A stretch of DNA of 64,000 bases, taken from positions 43,152,001-43,216,000 of the forward strand of contig OX597815.1 of NCBI GenBank assembly GCA_951406725.2, read 5' to 3'. The DNA is from Octopus vulgaris. Lineage: Eukaryota. The position numbers and the translations under genes are program-made. Under the pieces are notes generated by a model. It saw nothing but the letters and a program-made list of their open reading frames with translations. It searched no databases and was not told the DNA's origin. Each line of letters opens with the position of its first letter. Within the stretch, counting starts at the first letter, position 1. Shown piece after piece: positions 1 through 12,799 of the stretch.

Positions 1-2041
1 TTGTAATCTGGTCTCGATATTGGAAAAGTTCCACGACATCGGCATGGAGGCTGAAGAAGTTAAAAGTCTGTGGTTTGAGCAAAATACAACGAATGTTATC
101 CATAAACCAGAGACAGAAATGAAAGCGGCTAGGTGAGGGACGAGAGAGAAAAGAGGAGGAGGAGGAGGAAAGTGTGTGTGTATGCGTGTGTGCGTGTGTG
201 TGTGTGTGTGGTGTGGTCTAAGACTTGGAAAAGAAGAGCTGACGTAGAAATGAGGTGAGGTAGAATTCGAAAGATGGAATGCTTTTGAATAGTAAACCGC
301 TTTCCCCGGTTTCTTGTGATGATGATGGTGGTGGTGGCAACAGCGATGAAGATGACGGTTGTAGTTATTGTGGTATGTCGGAAATGGTAATATAGGGTAA
401 AATAATATCATACTGAGAGCATGAAATAAACAAACAAATATGTAAGTAAATAAACAAACGAACAAACAATAAATACATAAACGTAAGAAAAGCTTTGTGC
501 ACGTGGAGTTTTGATAGCGTAAATGAGCGAAGTCAAAAGCGAATCGTGGACAGGGATGGTAAATTATTGAGGGGATATGCGCCGATGTTTTGGTATGCGG
601 TTGTAAGACGTATGTAAAACACGAGCCTTCTGTTAGAGGTAAGAGAGAGAGAGAGAAAAAAAAAGGAAAAAAATGAAACACAAGAAAGAATGGGTAGGAA
701 AAGGGTACGGGAGGAGTTGAAAGTGAAACAGCGGGAGGGTGTTCCGGAAGACAAAGGAGGGGGTGATGGTAATTGGATGATTAGACAGAAAGGACAATTA
801 TTAGGAGAGATTCTGTAACAGAATTTCTGCGTGAACGTAAGATAAGTATGTGTACGTCTGGCAAGACTGAATGGTTAAGAAATTTACGTCGCAGTCATGG
901 GATCATAAGTTCAATCCTACCTCAAGATAACTTTGGGGAAATATATTTTACATAGCTATTTTTGTATCGCAGGAAGGTCATTATGCTAATAAAAAGCACA
1001 CGTATTGACTCTATTGCACTTCTTTTATTATTATTAACCAGTCGGTTAACTATTTAACCAATTAACTCATCAATTATGTGATCACTAGTTTAGTCAATCA
1101 ATCAGTCAACTATGTTTATGAAAATGCTTTTATCGCCATTTGCGGCCTCAACAATGACATGCTCTTTCTAAGGGCATATCATTGACTGATAATAAAAAAA
1201 ATGTGGAACAGAACCAATGTGTGCGTTTATTATTGGCATAATAATTGTCCCGATACACAACAAAATGTACTTCAACATACGAGTTCATATCAAGAATCTT
1301 GTAAACCAAATGCAAGAACGTAATATCATTTACATAGCTTTGTGATATCCGAAATCTAGTGAGTAAAAAAAAAAAATAGTTGGAAACTAACTGAAAGTCC
1401 TACGGACAGACTCTATCAGAGCTCGAAAGAGACTGACATGTCACAGTCTGCCAGCCTCATAATACACAGAATCTGCGTTAGAAGTGCATTAAAAATATGT
1501 CTGTGGAATATTCAGCCACTTAAACTATGACATACATCACATATTTTATACACAGAACATATACATACATACATACATAAAAAAGTAGGCAGTGTGAAAG
1601 TGACTTGGGGAAGGCAGGAATAGAATAGAGATGTTAAAATAAAGAACTAGTAAGGATATATTATATCTTGAGTTCAACCCAGTTGCTATCCTGACATTAA
1701 AATTGTACAAAGATGTTTGTATAGAACGTACACAAGTACTCAAACTTACACTTTCAAACCTTAGCAATCAATTGCTTTTCCGAGGTGTGTCAATAAGCTT
1801 TTCCCATCAATTAACTGGTGGAAAACGTATTGATACACCTCACGGTACGGAACATCAAGTTTGCAAAACATTCCATAACGCGAAAGTTTTGTAACACGAA
1901 ACTTATTGTCCATTGATTTTCATGCTATAAATAGACAGACATTTCGAAAGATATTTTTCGCAAAAAAAAAAATTATAGTAATGACAAGAGCAACCACTTT
2001 TACGTTTGAAATATCTTTAAACAGAAATACAATATATTACT

Positions 2042-2450
2042 CTCTTTTACTCTTTTACTTATTTCAGTCATTTGACTGCGGCCATGCTGGAGCACCGCCT
2101 TTAATCGAGCAACTCGACCCCGGGACTTATTCTTTGTAAGCCCAGTACTTATTCTATCGGTCTTTTTTTGCCGAACCGCTAAGTGACGGGGACATAAACA
2201 CACCAGCATCGGTTGTCAAGCAATGCTAGGGGGACAGACACAGACACACTAACACACACACATGCATATATATATATATACATATATACGACGAGCTTCT
2301 TCTAGTTTCCGTCTACCAAATCCACTCACAAGGCTTTGGTCGGCCCGAGGCTATAGTAGAAGACACTTGCCCAAGGTGCCACGCAGTGGGACTGAACCCG
2401 AAACCATGTGGTTGGTAAACAAGCTACTTACCACACAGCCACTCCTGCGC
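2042..2450 (-). mobile_element. tRNA-derived SINE family A, full length, with internal (TA)/(CA) microsatellite
   Basis: Minus strand reads GCGCAGGAGTGGCTGTGTGGTAAG (A-box-like), GGGTTCAGTCCC (B-box-like), CCTTGGGCAAGTGTCTT (CORE-like), ending ...AAGTAAAAGAG; near-identical copies recur through the window. Confidence 0.9.
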
Positions 2451-2652
2451 ATATATATACTTATAAGTAAGAATAATACAAAAGAGAATAAGTAAGAATG
2501 TAGTGACATCGTATTAACCATAAAAGATGTTGACTGCTGCATAATTAGAGATTGTGATAAAGGGAGCTACTAGGAGTGGGGGCGGAGGGCTCTATTTTCT
2601 ATCCTGTAGATTATTATTATCAGTATTTACGGCAGCAGGGAAGAGGTTATCT

Positions 2653-3018
2653 TACGATACAAGGATGTTTGCAAAAGGGACATGAAGGCCTGCAACATCA
2701 ATATTAGCAACTGCTTCCCAGTTGCCAGCAACCGTGGAGATTGGCGACGTACCGTAAAAGAGGGAACACAAAGGAGTGACAGAGAGAGAGAGAGAGGAGA
2801 AATGGAAAGACAAGAAAAGACGTCAACAAGAAACTATGACATAACAACCAGCCAGGCAAAGTCTTAGCTATATTTGCGGCACCTGCCAGAGGGAGTGTTT
2901 GTCCAGGATAGGACTACACAGCCACAGCAGAAGATGTATTAGGACATGAAATGTAAAAGCCGGACTAGATAATTTTATGCGCAACTCCATTGTCTCCCGA
3001 GACAAAAAGGATGCCAAC
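2653..3018 (+). mobile_element. 5'-truncated RTE-clade LINE 3' end with 28-bp TSD
   Basis: Encodes LRYKDVCKRDMKACNI and, after a frameshift, YICGTCQRECLSRIGLHSHSRRC (RTE-type C-terminal Cys/His motif); flanked by ATTTACGGCAGCAG(G/T)GAAGAGGTTATCT at 2625-2652 and 3019-3046. Confidence 0.85.
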
Positions 3019-3551
3019 ATTTACGGCAGCAGTGAAGAGGTTATCTGGAAGTAGTTTGCCGTTTGCAGAGTACCACCTTTTTTTACACAGCTCAGTCTAG
3101 GAACTGATGTCAGTGTGAACTCCTCTCGTAATTTGTGTGCTATGTTCACGATTAGGATCATTATCAACAAAAAAACCTTTCTTAATAATCACAATTTCTT
3201 TAGCCATATTATTTGCAGTCACCTGAAGTGGAAAGGTTGAAACTTCTATCGGACTTTCAGATAAATCTGTTAGTTTCTTTTTCTTCATTTATTTTAATTC
3301 TTATTTTTTAGGCAACGACTTTTGAGTGTCGTTACACGACTCAGAGTATGGAAGTTTGACCAGTTTTGTAGCAACTTAAACTACCAAAACTCAGTAAAAT
3401 CGTGCTATAGCTGCAGTATTATATATTTTGTGTCGCATATTTATAAAATTCTCGAAGATACTTTATTTTCTCGAAAATTCAATTTTTCGAAAAGTTACAA
3501 TGTTTTCTTTAAATCTTTAAGGTATTTTACCTGTTATCCTATATTTAACCT

Positions 3552-5302
3552 TTAAAGAAGATATTTTGCCTCAGTTGGATACGTGGATATATCGTGTGGA
3601 GGATGTCTTTGTTGGAACAATTCCCATCCCCTGTATGGTGTAATATTAGGATCTTCCCGAAATATTTCCAGCACTGTTGACTTGAATGGCTCATGAATTC
3701 CACGGCTAGATTTATACAGTGTTGATTGTCCCTTCCTTTTCTTTGCCATCAAGGATGAAATAGTTCGAATTTCTGTTTCCCATAGTCATTCCAAACGCCC
3801 AGGATGTTTACGTTTAAGTTTCACTAACATTTTACCTGGACTTCGTTTCATATCTTCGTTTTCGTTACTCAAATTAAATATATTCCATAGCATCATTCAA
3901 TAGAATTTCATGTTCTGGGCTCACATACTGTTTAATGTATTGTATTACATGGTTGAGGAAGCAACAAACACCACACTATTTCATTTCCACTCCAGAGATA
4001 GATAAAGAAAACTCTTTATCCGTGACACTACATGTAGAAATGTGTCCCTTCATAGGTTGTCTTAATGTAAACCTCTAAACCATTCACAATAGCATTCAAA
4101 GATTCTGATTCGGTACTGGTAGCAACAACAGTCTTCAGACGTGCAAAATTATCATACTTTAATACTCCCGACACGTAATCGACCGCTTGTTTAATTGTTT
4201 GATCCTTGGTAGTTAACGTTTTGACTATCTTCCGGAATGATGTAGAGCCTAATTGTTTATTTTGAGGTATGGTTTCTTTGTAATTACTTAGCATTATAGT
4301 TGTATTCTTTTTCCTAATCAGCTTAAGGAGATGTATTTCTTCGCCATTAATCGTAAATGTTTTGGTACCCCATGAGATTTAGCATACATTAGCATCCGAC
4401 AAAAAAGAAAGAAAAAGACCACTACTGCAGCTTCCATTTGATCATGATCGTATCGTATAATTAATCTATTGGAAGGTGTAAGCTGCTTTCCACTTGCCAT
4501 ATGCTTATACTTTCGTCTTAATGAAGCTACTTTCTTCATACCAATACCAAAACGATCTTTCAAAACACTTGAAACTAAGGATACCGCTAATGGAGCTATA
4601 ACAGCATCAGCTTGTACAACATTTCTCGGCAATGCATCTCGTACTTTAATGATATTTTCCGCTAATTTGCCTTCATCGATGACACATTCTCCTTCATTTT
4701 TAATACCCTCTTTCATAAGGCCTCTGGCATCATACGCACTAATGATACTTTTTTCATTATGGTACTGGTTAATTTCACCAGTCGCTTTTTAGCTGCTTCG
4801 TCAAAGTCTTCCATTCGGATACTTTCACGTTTAGTTTTTCCCGGTAATGATGATACTGATTTTAAACCAAATGCTTCATACAATGCCCCCACTGTTGAAA
4901 CAATTCGTGATGGATCGCTAACTTCTGGTTCGGAATCTTCTTGTTCCATATACACACTACGTTTTCATATTTGCTTTACGTGTGCCGACACCTCCCATAA
5001 GTCGTATTCTCTTTGTCACACGTGTGTTTACATTTTCGTTGCGTTTATTATCTCAACGACATGTACATCCACATCTGTAACATCCTTGACAACTAATACA
5101 TCTACCTTTTTTGCAAGTACATGATAATTCTGATATAAATGCCGATTGGGTGAAGCAAAATCAAAATCTAGACTACCTATGTATTTTGTTTTTTATATAT
5201 TAATTTTTACCAATCGAATTGTCCCGTTTATTATTCAGTTTGCGACAATTCAATATTTTAAAGTTCTACAAAAAGTCAATACTCTCACCCGCGAAGCGAC
5301 TC
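3552..5302 (-). pseudogene. Frameshifted, internally deleted Sola3-like DNA transposase relic
   Basis: Joined frames give ISWGTKTFTINGEEIHLLKLIRKK..LGSTSFRKIVKTLTTKDQTIKQAVDYVSGVLKYDNF..YIKTTY and FNLSNENEDMKRSPGKML..ETEIRTISSLMAKKRKG; right end ...GCGACTC followed by TTAA (5303-5306). Family assignment is from recalled motif resemblance. Confidence 0.55.
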
Positions 5303-5334
5303 TTAAAATCAGTCAATAATATATTCTCCTTTTC

Positions 5335-6406
5335 CTCTTTATCGTTCATAACATCTTACCAACGTCATACTAGCTTGTCAATGCTTTGACGCTAGAAATC
5401 ACATGGTCTTAACTGGAAGAATCCGAGCCATATTTTCAACTCCACTTCGTTGTTGATCGAAACACTTTGCAGACTATTTGAGAGCAACCGAAAAAGGAGG
5501 TAATCTGAAGGCGCTATATCAGGAGAATACTGTGGATGCAGTTGAACTTTCCAATTGAGCTCTTGAATAACCTTTCTGATAAAACTAGCCGGGTGAGAGC
5601 TGTTGTCATTTTGAAGAAATACGCTGCATCGTCGCTTGGGTAGTTTCAGTTGGATTAGCTCATTGAACTGGTTCATTTGCAAAACATAAATTTCTGCATT
5701 GACCCTGTGGTTGTTTTCAAGCATTCTGTAGTGCATTAACCCTTCCCAGTATCACCAAACGAAGATCATTGTCTTGCAGGGGGGCAGATCTTGCTTGGTT
5801 CGAGGTATTGCTTGCTTGTCGGAGTTTAGGCATTATTTACTTCTTCTTCAGAATTACGCAATACGCTAGTTTTCATCTGGTAATGATGTGATAAAGAAAT
5901 CTCTTTTTGAGTCCACGTGTAGCCTAGTGTCGAACGAGCAAACTAGAGTGCTAGAGAAGCGCTGGAATTTGTTTCATTCGCACAGGGCGTGTGGCACCCG
6001 TGCGCCAAACTTTTGAACGTGCATAGTCTGTGATGTCGAATTCCCCCACCTTGAATCGTGACAAATAATTTCTGTGCAGTTCTTTCAGTAATAGCACCGT
6101 CTCTATTGTTCTATTATCTGGAGTGACTTTGGCAGCTTTGAAACTTTCAGTGTCGAACATGCTTATGCTCATCATTTCTACTTCTCACTGCATTGCTATT
6201 TAACAGAAAATAGGTAAAATGTATTCAAATTTTAAAAACGATGAACAAAAGTTTTAGAGAAAGAATATAGATACAAAATAGAGCTCTATCTACAAAATAG
6301 AGCTACAAAATCTCTACAAAAAATTCTAAATTTACAATAAAAATATTTTTCGGGTTAATCAAATAATATTGGAAAGAAACGATCGTATTTATCTGACAGC
6401 ATAATA
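5335..6406 (-). pseudogene. Degenerate mariner transposon (DD34D-type)
   Basis: ORF 5392-5736 has HPQYSPDIAPSDYLLF; RVPH (WVPH motif) near 5990; TIR-like end at 6381-6406. Confidence 0.85.
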
Positions 6407-7965
6407 TATTCTCCTTTAGTACTGCTGCTTGCTCTCAATCTATGAGACCATAACAAGTCAACCATATCATCTACTATTCTTCCAAACCCTATATCCTTTT
6501 CGCAAGTCGCAATATTCTGCTAGACGTAATGTAGAAATTCTGCTGGTGGAAACCCTTTGCAGTCAGGGATAGTTTAGCCGTATGTTCTTACAAGCACCAT
6601 TAATTGCTAAGGCTTCCGTTCATCCCATAACTCTGGTACGTTAGTCTCTACATTCATAAAGTTACACGTTTTCGAGAAGTCTCTTACTGTAGGTTTATCC
6701 TCTCCCATCAATCAGTACTTTGAATTGTTTCCAAATCCTTAGATTAATATACCTTGAAATTAATTATTGCACTTTAATTCATAGGTTAGAGAAAAAAGGT
6801 TGTGTTCTTGAGGGTGTATTACACTCTCACATTATCAAGAAGATCCCAAATTTTACTGAGTGGCTTTAGAGCATTGTCTAAAAGCAGTAATGCTTCGTTG
6901 GAAATGTTACACGTCACAGTGTGGCTTTCTACACCTAGAATCATAAGTACTTTGAATTTAGAGTAACTCGTGAAAGCCCTTGGGGTTTTAGAGGATTAAT
7001 TTAATATCACCAACAGTATTTTCTTTCTCACTCAACAAGAGGTGTCAAACGATTTTGCAGACTATAAAACCTACTGCTGATTTTCCGTTAAAAATGAAAG
7101 TTAGGGTGACGGTAGTTATTTTGAAGTGGTCAGTATTTGGTTATGAAAGTTGTTTGTTGATACGCTGTTGTTGTGTTATGTAATCACTGAATTGATATTG
7201 GGGAAAATTGTAAAGTTTGGTTGATTATTACCTGCACATGTTTCTATAAGTGTACTAAGTCCTATTTATCTCTATTCCCGTAATTTTATTTATGATCTAT
7301 GCAGAGCCATGCGTTGACTTCAGGACTGTTCGATTTGTCCAATATAATTTTCTCCACATTCCTATCATAGAATAAGATTTCTGATGAGAAGGTGAAATTA
7401 TTTTTTTTATTGTAGAGCATTGTCCTTGTTTAAAAAGGATCTTCGATCATTCTGTCAGAATATAACACTTATCACAGTTGGATCTTCTGCATTTTTTACT
7501 ATTGGACCTGTTGTTATTGTGTGAAGTTTAGTCTTAGTATCTTAGTACCTTTTGCTTTTTATGATGGCATATCTTTGGATTTATTTGGATTAGCCTATAG
7601 TCCTTTTTTGGTATCGGTTTTGGAATACGATATTGTAAGACGTATTATTTTGAGGGTTGTAGATGAAAATATACGGTTGGACTATAACTGATGCAGTTTT
7701 CTTTTATTTTCTAAAACGAGTTACGGCGTTCATGTGAGGCACACGTTAAAGAAACTAAACTATTGCGAATAAATGAATTGCTTATTTAAGTTGTTCTTCA
7801 AGTGCTTTAGTGCAAAATGATCTATGATTATACCAATTTCATGTCCAAATGTCATTGAAACTGCAAAGTTATTATACAAAGTTACTAGTATTGCAGAGAC
7901 TTATGGATAGTTTAGAAACTTCAAAACAGGAAAGAAGCCGTCAGATTTTGAGGGAGCTAAAAATA

Positions 7966-8532
7966 TTGGGTTGTCCAGAAAGTTCATGCCGATTTATAGT
8001 AGCTTATCTTTCGACTTATTTTAGAACATGGTTGAGTCCATAAAATAGGATTTGACTACACCTCCATTTAGAGCACAGTTTTAGCTATCTTTTCGTGGAA
8101 GAAAGCTTATGTTGCTATAACCTGTGTTAATTTTGTAACCCTTTAAAATGGAAGATAAGAAAGTTCATTTTCGGCACTTGATACTTTGGTAACCAGACAA
8201 AAATTGTTGCAGCTCGGCTGGGATGTGTTACCCCACCCTCCATATTCACTAGATATTGCTCCCCTCGGATTTCCACTTATTCAGGTCTCTACAGAATAGT
8301 CTTAAAGGTAAAAATTTCAATTCTTTGGATGACGTAAAAAGATACCTTGATGCATTCTTTGCCATGAAACCACCTCAATTCTGGGAAGAGGGTATTTTCA
8401 AGTTAAAGGAAAGATGGAGACGCATTGTGCAACAAAATGGTTCATATTTGGTTGATTAAAAATGTAATGGCAAGTATTTATTGACCTTTTTCTTTCCTTT
8501 AAAAATCGGCACGAACTTTCCGGACAACCCAA
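7966..8532 (+). mobile_element. Internally deleted mariner with both TIRs and TA TSD
   Basis: TIRs TTGGGTTGTCCAGAAAGTTCATGCCGATTT / AAATCGGCACGAACTTTCCGGACAACCCAA, flanked by TA; N-terminal MEDKKVHFRH joined to C-terminal PSDFHLFRSLQNSL..ERWRRIVQQNGSYLVD. Confidence 0.92.
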
Positions 8533-8659
8533 TACATTTGTGTCTTGGAAATCTGGTTGAAAAATAAAATTTGTTGTTTTTAATGTTGAGTTCTACGACA
8601 CCGGTATATTTGATAATACGGTACTTCCAAAAATGCAGGATTAGCGGACACTGTGATTC

Positions 8660-8920
8660 ACACACACACACACACACACACACAAAGAGAAGTTAGTAAA
8701 TTGCGTTTGCTTCTCATTTCAATTTATTTTTGGTTGTTTCCATATTTTGTCTTTGCACATTTCTTTAATTCTTTAATTTCTCTTAACTGTGTGTGTATGT
8801 GTGTGTGTGGGCGCGTAATCTCTCTCTCTCACTCACACATACACAAACACGCACACACACATAAAACATATATATGTACATATATACGTATATACATACA
8901 TACATACAAACACACACACG

Positions 8921-9006
<86 letters not shown>

Positions 9007-9419
9007 CCTATATATATATATATATATAAGCGAGGGACAGAGAAAAGGAAAGAATGAAAACTAGAGTAGATTTAATTTCATAACCTTTAACTAAGTAAAA
9101 AAAAGAAAATAACAGTTGCCCCTCTTTTTCTTCCTTCCTCAATTCCTCTTACCGCTAGTCTCCTTTTTTTTTTTCCATCTTCCATTTCTAATCCGGTTTG
9201 TTCTGATCCTTCCACCCATCACCACCACTACTACCACCACCATCACCACCACCACTTCTGCTTTTAACTACCTCTGCCCAGCCTTGCTTTTTTTTCCAAC
9301 TCGACTGACTATAGTTACTCTTGCAGTCATTCCTAGAGTTGCGGACGTAATTAGATGGCTTACAAATGTGGTCATAGCAATGAGCCACTGCGTATATGTG
9401 TGTGTGTATATATATGTGT

Positions 9420-9485
<66 letters not shown>

Positions 9486-9948
9486 TTACATTAGTATATT
9501 CTGTGGCTGCAGTCAGTGGATGTAGTGTACACGTGTTTGTAATTTCCGCGTCGTCCTTTGAATGTGCTTTCTTGAAGGCTCGTTTAATATGTACACGTGC
9601 GTTTGACTAAAAGATGTTGTTTTAGTTCTATGTCACCCCTGATCGAGCAGACTTATGATCAAAGGCATTGCAGCCGTGCCCATCCAGCATTTTAGAACTG
9701 TCTTTTTCCCCCACTTTTTAAGCTGGAAATGTGTGATTAGGATAGGGGGACAAAAATGTGGCTACTATTTTACGTGGGTCAAATGACGACGTAGAGACTC
9801 ATTTGTTGGCACGAGCTGTATGTATGTATGTATGTATGTATGTATGTATGTATGTATGTATGTATGTATGTATGTATGTATGTATGTATGTATGTACGTA
9901 TGTATGTATGCATGTATGTATGTGTAATGTATATATATATATATATCC

Positions 9949-10006
<58 letters not shown>

Positions 10007-10010
10007 GGAC

Positions 10011-10057
<47 letters not shown>

Positions 10058-10142
10058 AATAAACAAACACATACACACGTATACATGCTTGTATATATGT
10101 ATGAATATATGTGTGCATTTGTATATGCATATATTATGTATG

Positions 10143-10198
<56 letters not shown>

Positions 10199-10330
10199 AT
10201 GTATGTATGTATGTATATGTATGTATATGTGTATGTATGTATATATTTATGTATGGGTGTTTGTATGTATGCGTGAATGTGTGCATGTGCATTCATCTAC
10301 GTATTTATGTGTGTATATATGTATGTGCGT
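8660..10330. repeat. Cluster of (CA)n, (TG)n, (TA)n and (TATG)n microsatellites
   Basis: Direct reading; source of the HT/YI/VC/MYVC low-complexity ORFs. Confidence 0.95.
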
Positions 10331-10559
10331 ATGTATACGTTTCATGTTTATGAATAAGTGCGTATGCATTTGTTCATAAACTTTGTATGCGTGTAATCAT
10401 TTGTGCGGTTATCGGTTTCTATGGATTCTGTATGTAACGCGTTAATTTGGTTTTATATTTTTGTTTTGATGCATGAATGCAAATTAATGTTTGTCACATT
10501 AGTTTACGGATATGTATGTAGCTGACATCCTGAAAACATTATTTTTTCTGCTGTTCGTC

Positions 10560-10624
10560 AATCCATCACCATCATCATCATCATCATCATCACCACCACC
10601 ACCACCACCACCACCACCACCACC

Positions 10625-10688
<64 letters not shown>

Positions 10689-10765
10689 AGATAATTAACA
10701 TTACCACTACCACCAAAACCACCACTACCACTATCACCACCCACCACCACCAATACCACCACCTC
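10560..10765. repeat. (CAT)n/(CAC)n trinucleotide microsatellite
   Basis: Direct reading. Confidence 0.95.
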
Positions 10766-10769
10766 TATT

Positions 10770-10905
10770 ACCTATTTCTTTATTACCCACAAGGGGCTAA
10801 ACACAGAGGGGACAAACAAGGACAGACATAGGTATTAAGTCGATTACATAGACCCCAGTGCGTAACTGGTACTTAATTTATCGACCCCGAAAGGATGAGA
10901 GGCAA
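10770..10905 (-). mobile_element. SINE family B 3' fragment
   Basis: Matches the family B tail (reverse of TTTGCCT..CATCCTTTCGGGGTCGATAAATTAAGTACCAG...AAAGAAATAGGTA). Confidence 0.85.
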
Positions 10906-10927
10906 ACCATCACCATCATCACTATCA

Positions 10928-11162
10928 TCTAGGCCTAAGGACTACGTAGCATGGACCCTTTCGACAAATTGAGTAGATCTCACAAATTTAATGTTGTAAT
11001 AGTTATTTGTTTATTTCTTTTATAGCTTCAAAGATGGAAGGCAAATTCGAACTCTGCGGAATCTGAACGGAGCACGTACAGCCGAAAGAAATGCCGCTAT
11101 GTATTTGTGAGATCTACTTAATTTGTCAAAAGAGTCCATGCTACGTAGTCCTTAAACCTAGA
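10928..11162. repeat. ~60-bp inverted repeat enclosing a degenerate SINE B piece
   Basis: 10928-10987 is the imperfect reverse complement of 11103-11162. Confidence 0.85.
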
Positions 11163-11436
11163 CCTGACAGAAATAGCGGTCACATCTCCTTCTTATTTTG
11201 TTCTACAGTCTTAATATGAAGAGGATAATGTCGAAAGATATAAATTTGGATGTAATTGTTCTGTAAAGAGAATAAGTGCGATGACGATGGCTAGAGTGCC
11301 TTTAATCTTATGCCTGCAAGATCAAGATTGACCTGGGGAGAAGCAACGAAAACAATAACGAAAAATTCATTGGTGAAATTTACAGGTTTTCGTTTCAAGC
11401 TGTGAAATCTACGAACATGCTGGAGTAATACCAGCA

Positions 11437-11760
11437 TGTCTATCTCCTAAACTTCTTGGAGATTTGGGGTATAATTATACTAATGTGTCCATCTGTTCTA
11501 TTTTAATTAAATTCTGTGTCTTTGTGCAGCTGAAGATTGCTCTACATTTTAAATTAAAGCAACGATTGCGTTGCTCAATTAACTGGAGTTACATGAAACA
11601 TTCGTACTGCATTACCTCGGGATATCCTTGTTGCCTATTTTGATTTTAATCACCATACTTTGAAATTGTATGGATAATACCGTATTAAATTCTGGTGCCT
11701 CAAATTCTGGTACCATATTCATATGGATCTAAATTTTTGCTGAATTCATCTACTATATAA
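11437..11760 (+). mobile_element. Hammerhead-bearing non-coding element, putative PLE terminal repeat (family H1, copy 1)
   Basis: Homologous over ~300 bp to 25623-25921 (opposite strand); 3' end abuts (TA)n; contains a hammerhead core. Confidence 0.7.
11525..11611 (+). ncRNA. Type I hammerhead ribozyme motif
   Basis: Stem I TGCAG/CTGCA; CTGAAGA 11530-11536; long stem II with internal hairpin AGCAACG/CGTTGCT; GAAAC 11595-11599; ATTC loop; GTA triplet 11604-11606. Confidence 0.75.
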
Positions 11761-11779
11761 AGATATATATATATATATA

Positions 11780-12105
11780 TTTCTCCCAACATTCGCTCTT
11801 TTCCTCGCGTTCTGGTCTAATGACCTTCCATGTTTGTTTTCGTTCGGTTTCTTTCTATGTCCCCATTGTCCTGTTTTTGTTCTCAATTTTGACCCTCCAT
11901 AAATCCAAAATTTTATTTTAGAATTTACGGGAGCAACTGTCTTTGAAGACTCATATTGTCATTGAATGCTCGAAATGAGGAGTAGATAGACAGCCGACAA
12001 CTGATGAAGGGTCGATTCTCTGTGTTTACTTGCCCTGTTTTCCATTTTTTCTCGTTGTTTATGTATTTAACTCGTTTGTCTACATACTTCATGTTGATTA
12101 CCCAT
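11780..12105 (+). mobile_element. Putative PLE 3' fragment between microsatellites, with degenerate hammerhead-like core
   Basis: CTGTC-TTTGAAGA...ATGCTC-GAAAT-GAGGA-GTA-GATAG near 11937-11988; downstream part resembles 48746-48923 (minus strand). Confidence 0.45.
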
Positions 12106-12116
12106 ATATGCATACA

Positions 12117-12196
<80 letters not shown>

Positions 12197-12415
12197 CTTT
12201 CATCTCTTCTGTGAACCGTTTCATTTGTGGGATTCGTTCTCTTGGGAAGGATAACATAACCCTCACCACGTACAGTTTTGTTTTGACCGTAACAAATAAC
12301 TGTTTCATTCTTATGTAAAAAATTCTCCTCCATGCCTTTTAATCGTAATTCTCCAAGTGACAGCCTGTAAGCCAGTGGTTTTCAACTAGTAGTAAGCAGG
12401 GGATCCACAAAAGTA

Positions 12416-12703
12416 CAAGAGTGTCCCAGAATTAACGATCTATTTCAATGAAGTTGGGCAAATTAAAAAAGAAAATTGACAGTATTTTCTTTTAATCTTT
12501 TACTTGTTTCAGTCATTTGACAACGGCCATGTTGCAGCAGCGCCTTAATGGGTTTTAGTGAAAGAAATCGACCCCAGAACTTATTCTTTGTAAGTCTAGT
12601 ACTTATTCTATCGTTCTCTTTAGCCGAACTGCCAAGTTAAGGGGACATAAACACACTAGCATTGGTTATCAAGCGATCGTGGAGGTACTATATATATATA
12701 TCT

Positions 12704-12744
<41 letters not shown>

Positions 12745-12750
12745 AATATA

Positions 12751-12799
<49 letters not shown>

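Noticed and set aside
4469-5124. Plus-strand ORFs of 107 and 121 aa
   Set aside because: Antisense shadows of the minus-strand transposase relic.
7375-7405. CTGATGAGAAGGTGAAA motif
   Set aside because: No stem I, II or III pairing; chance match.
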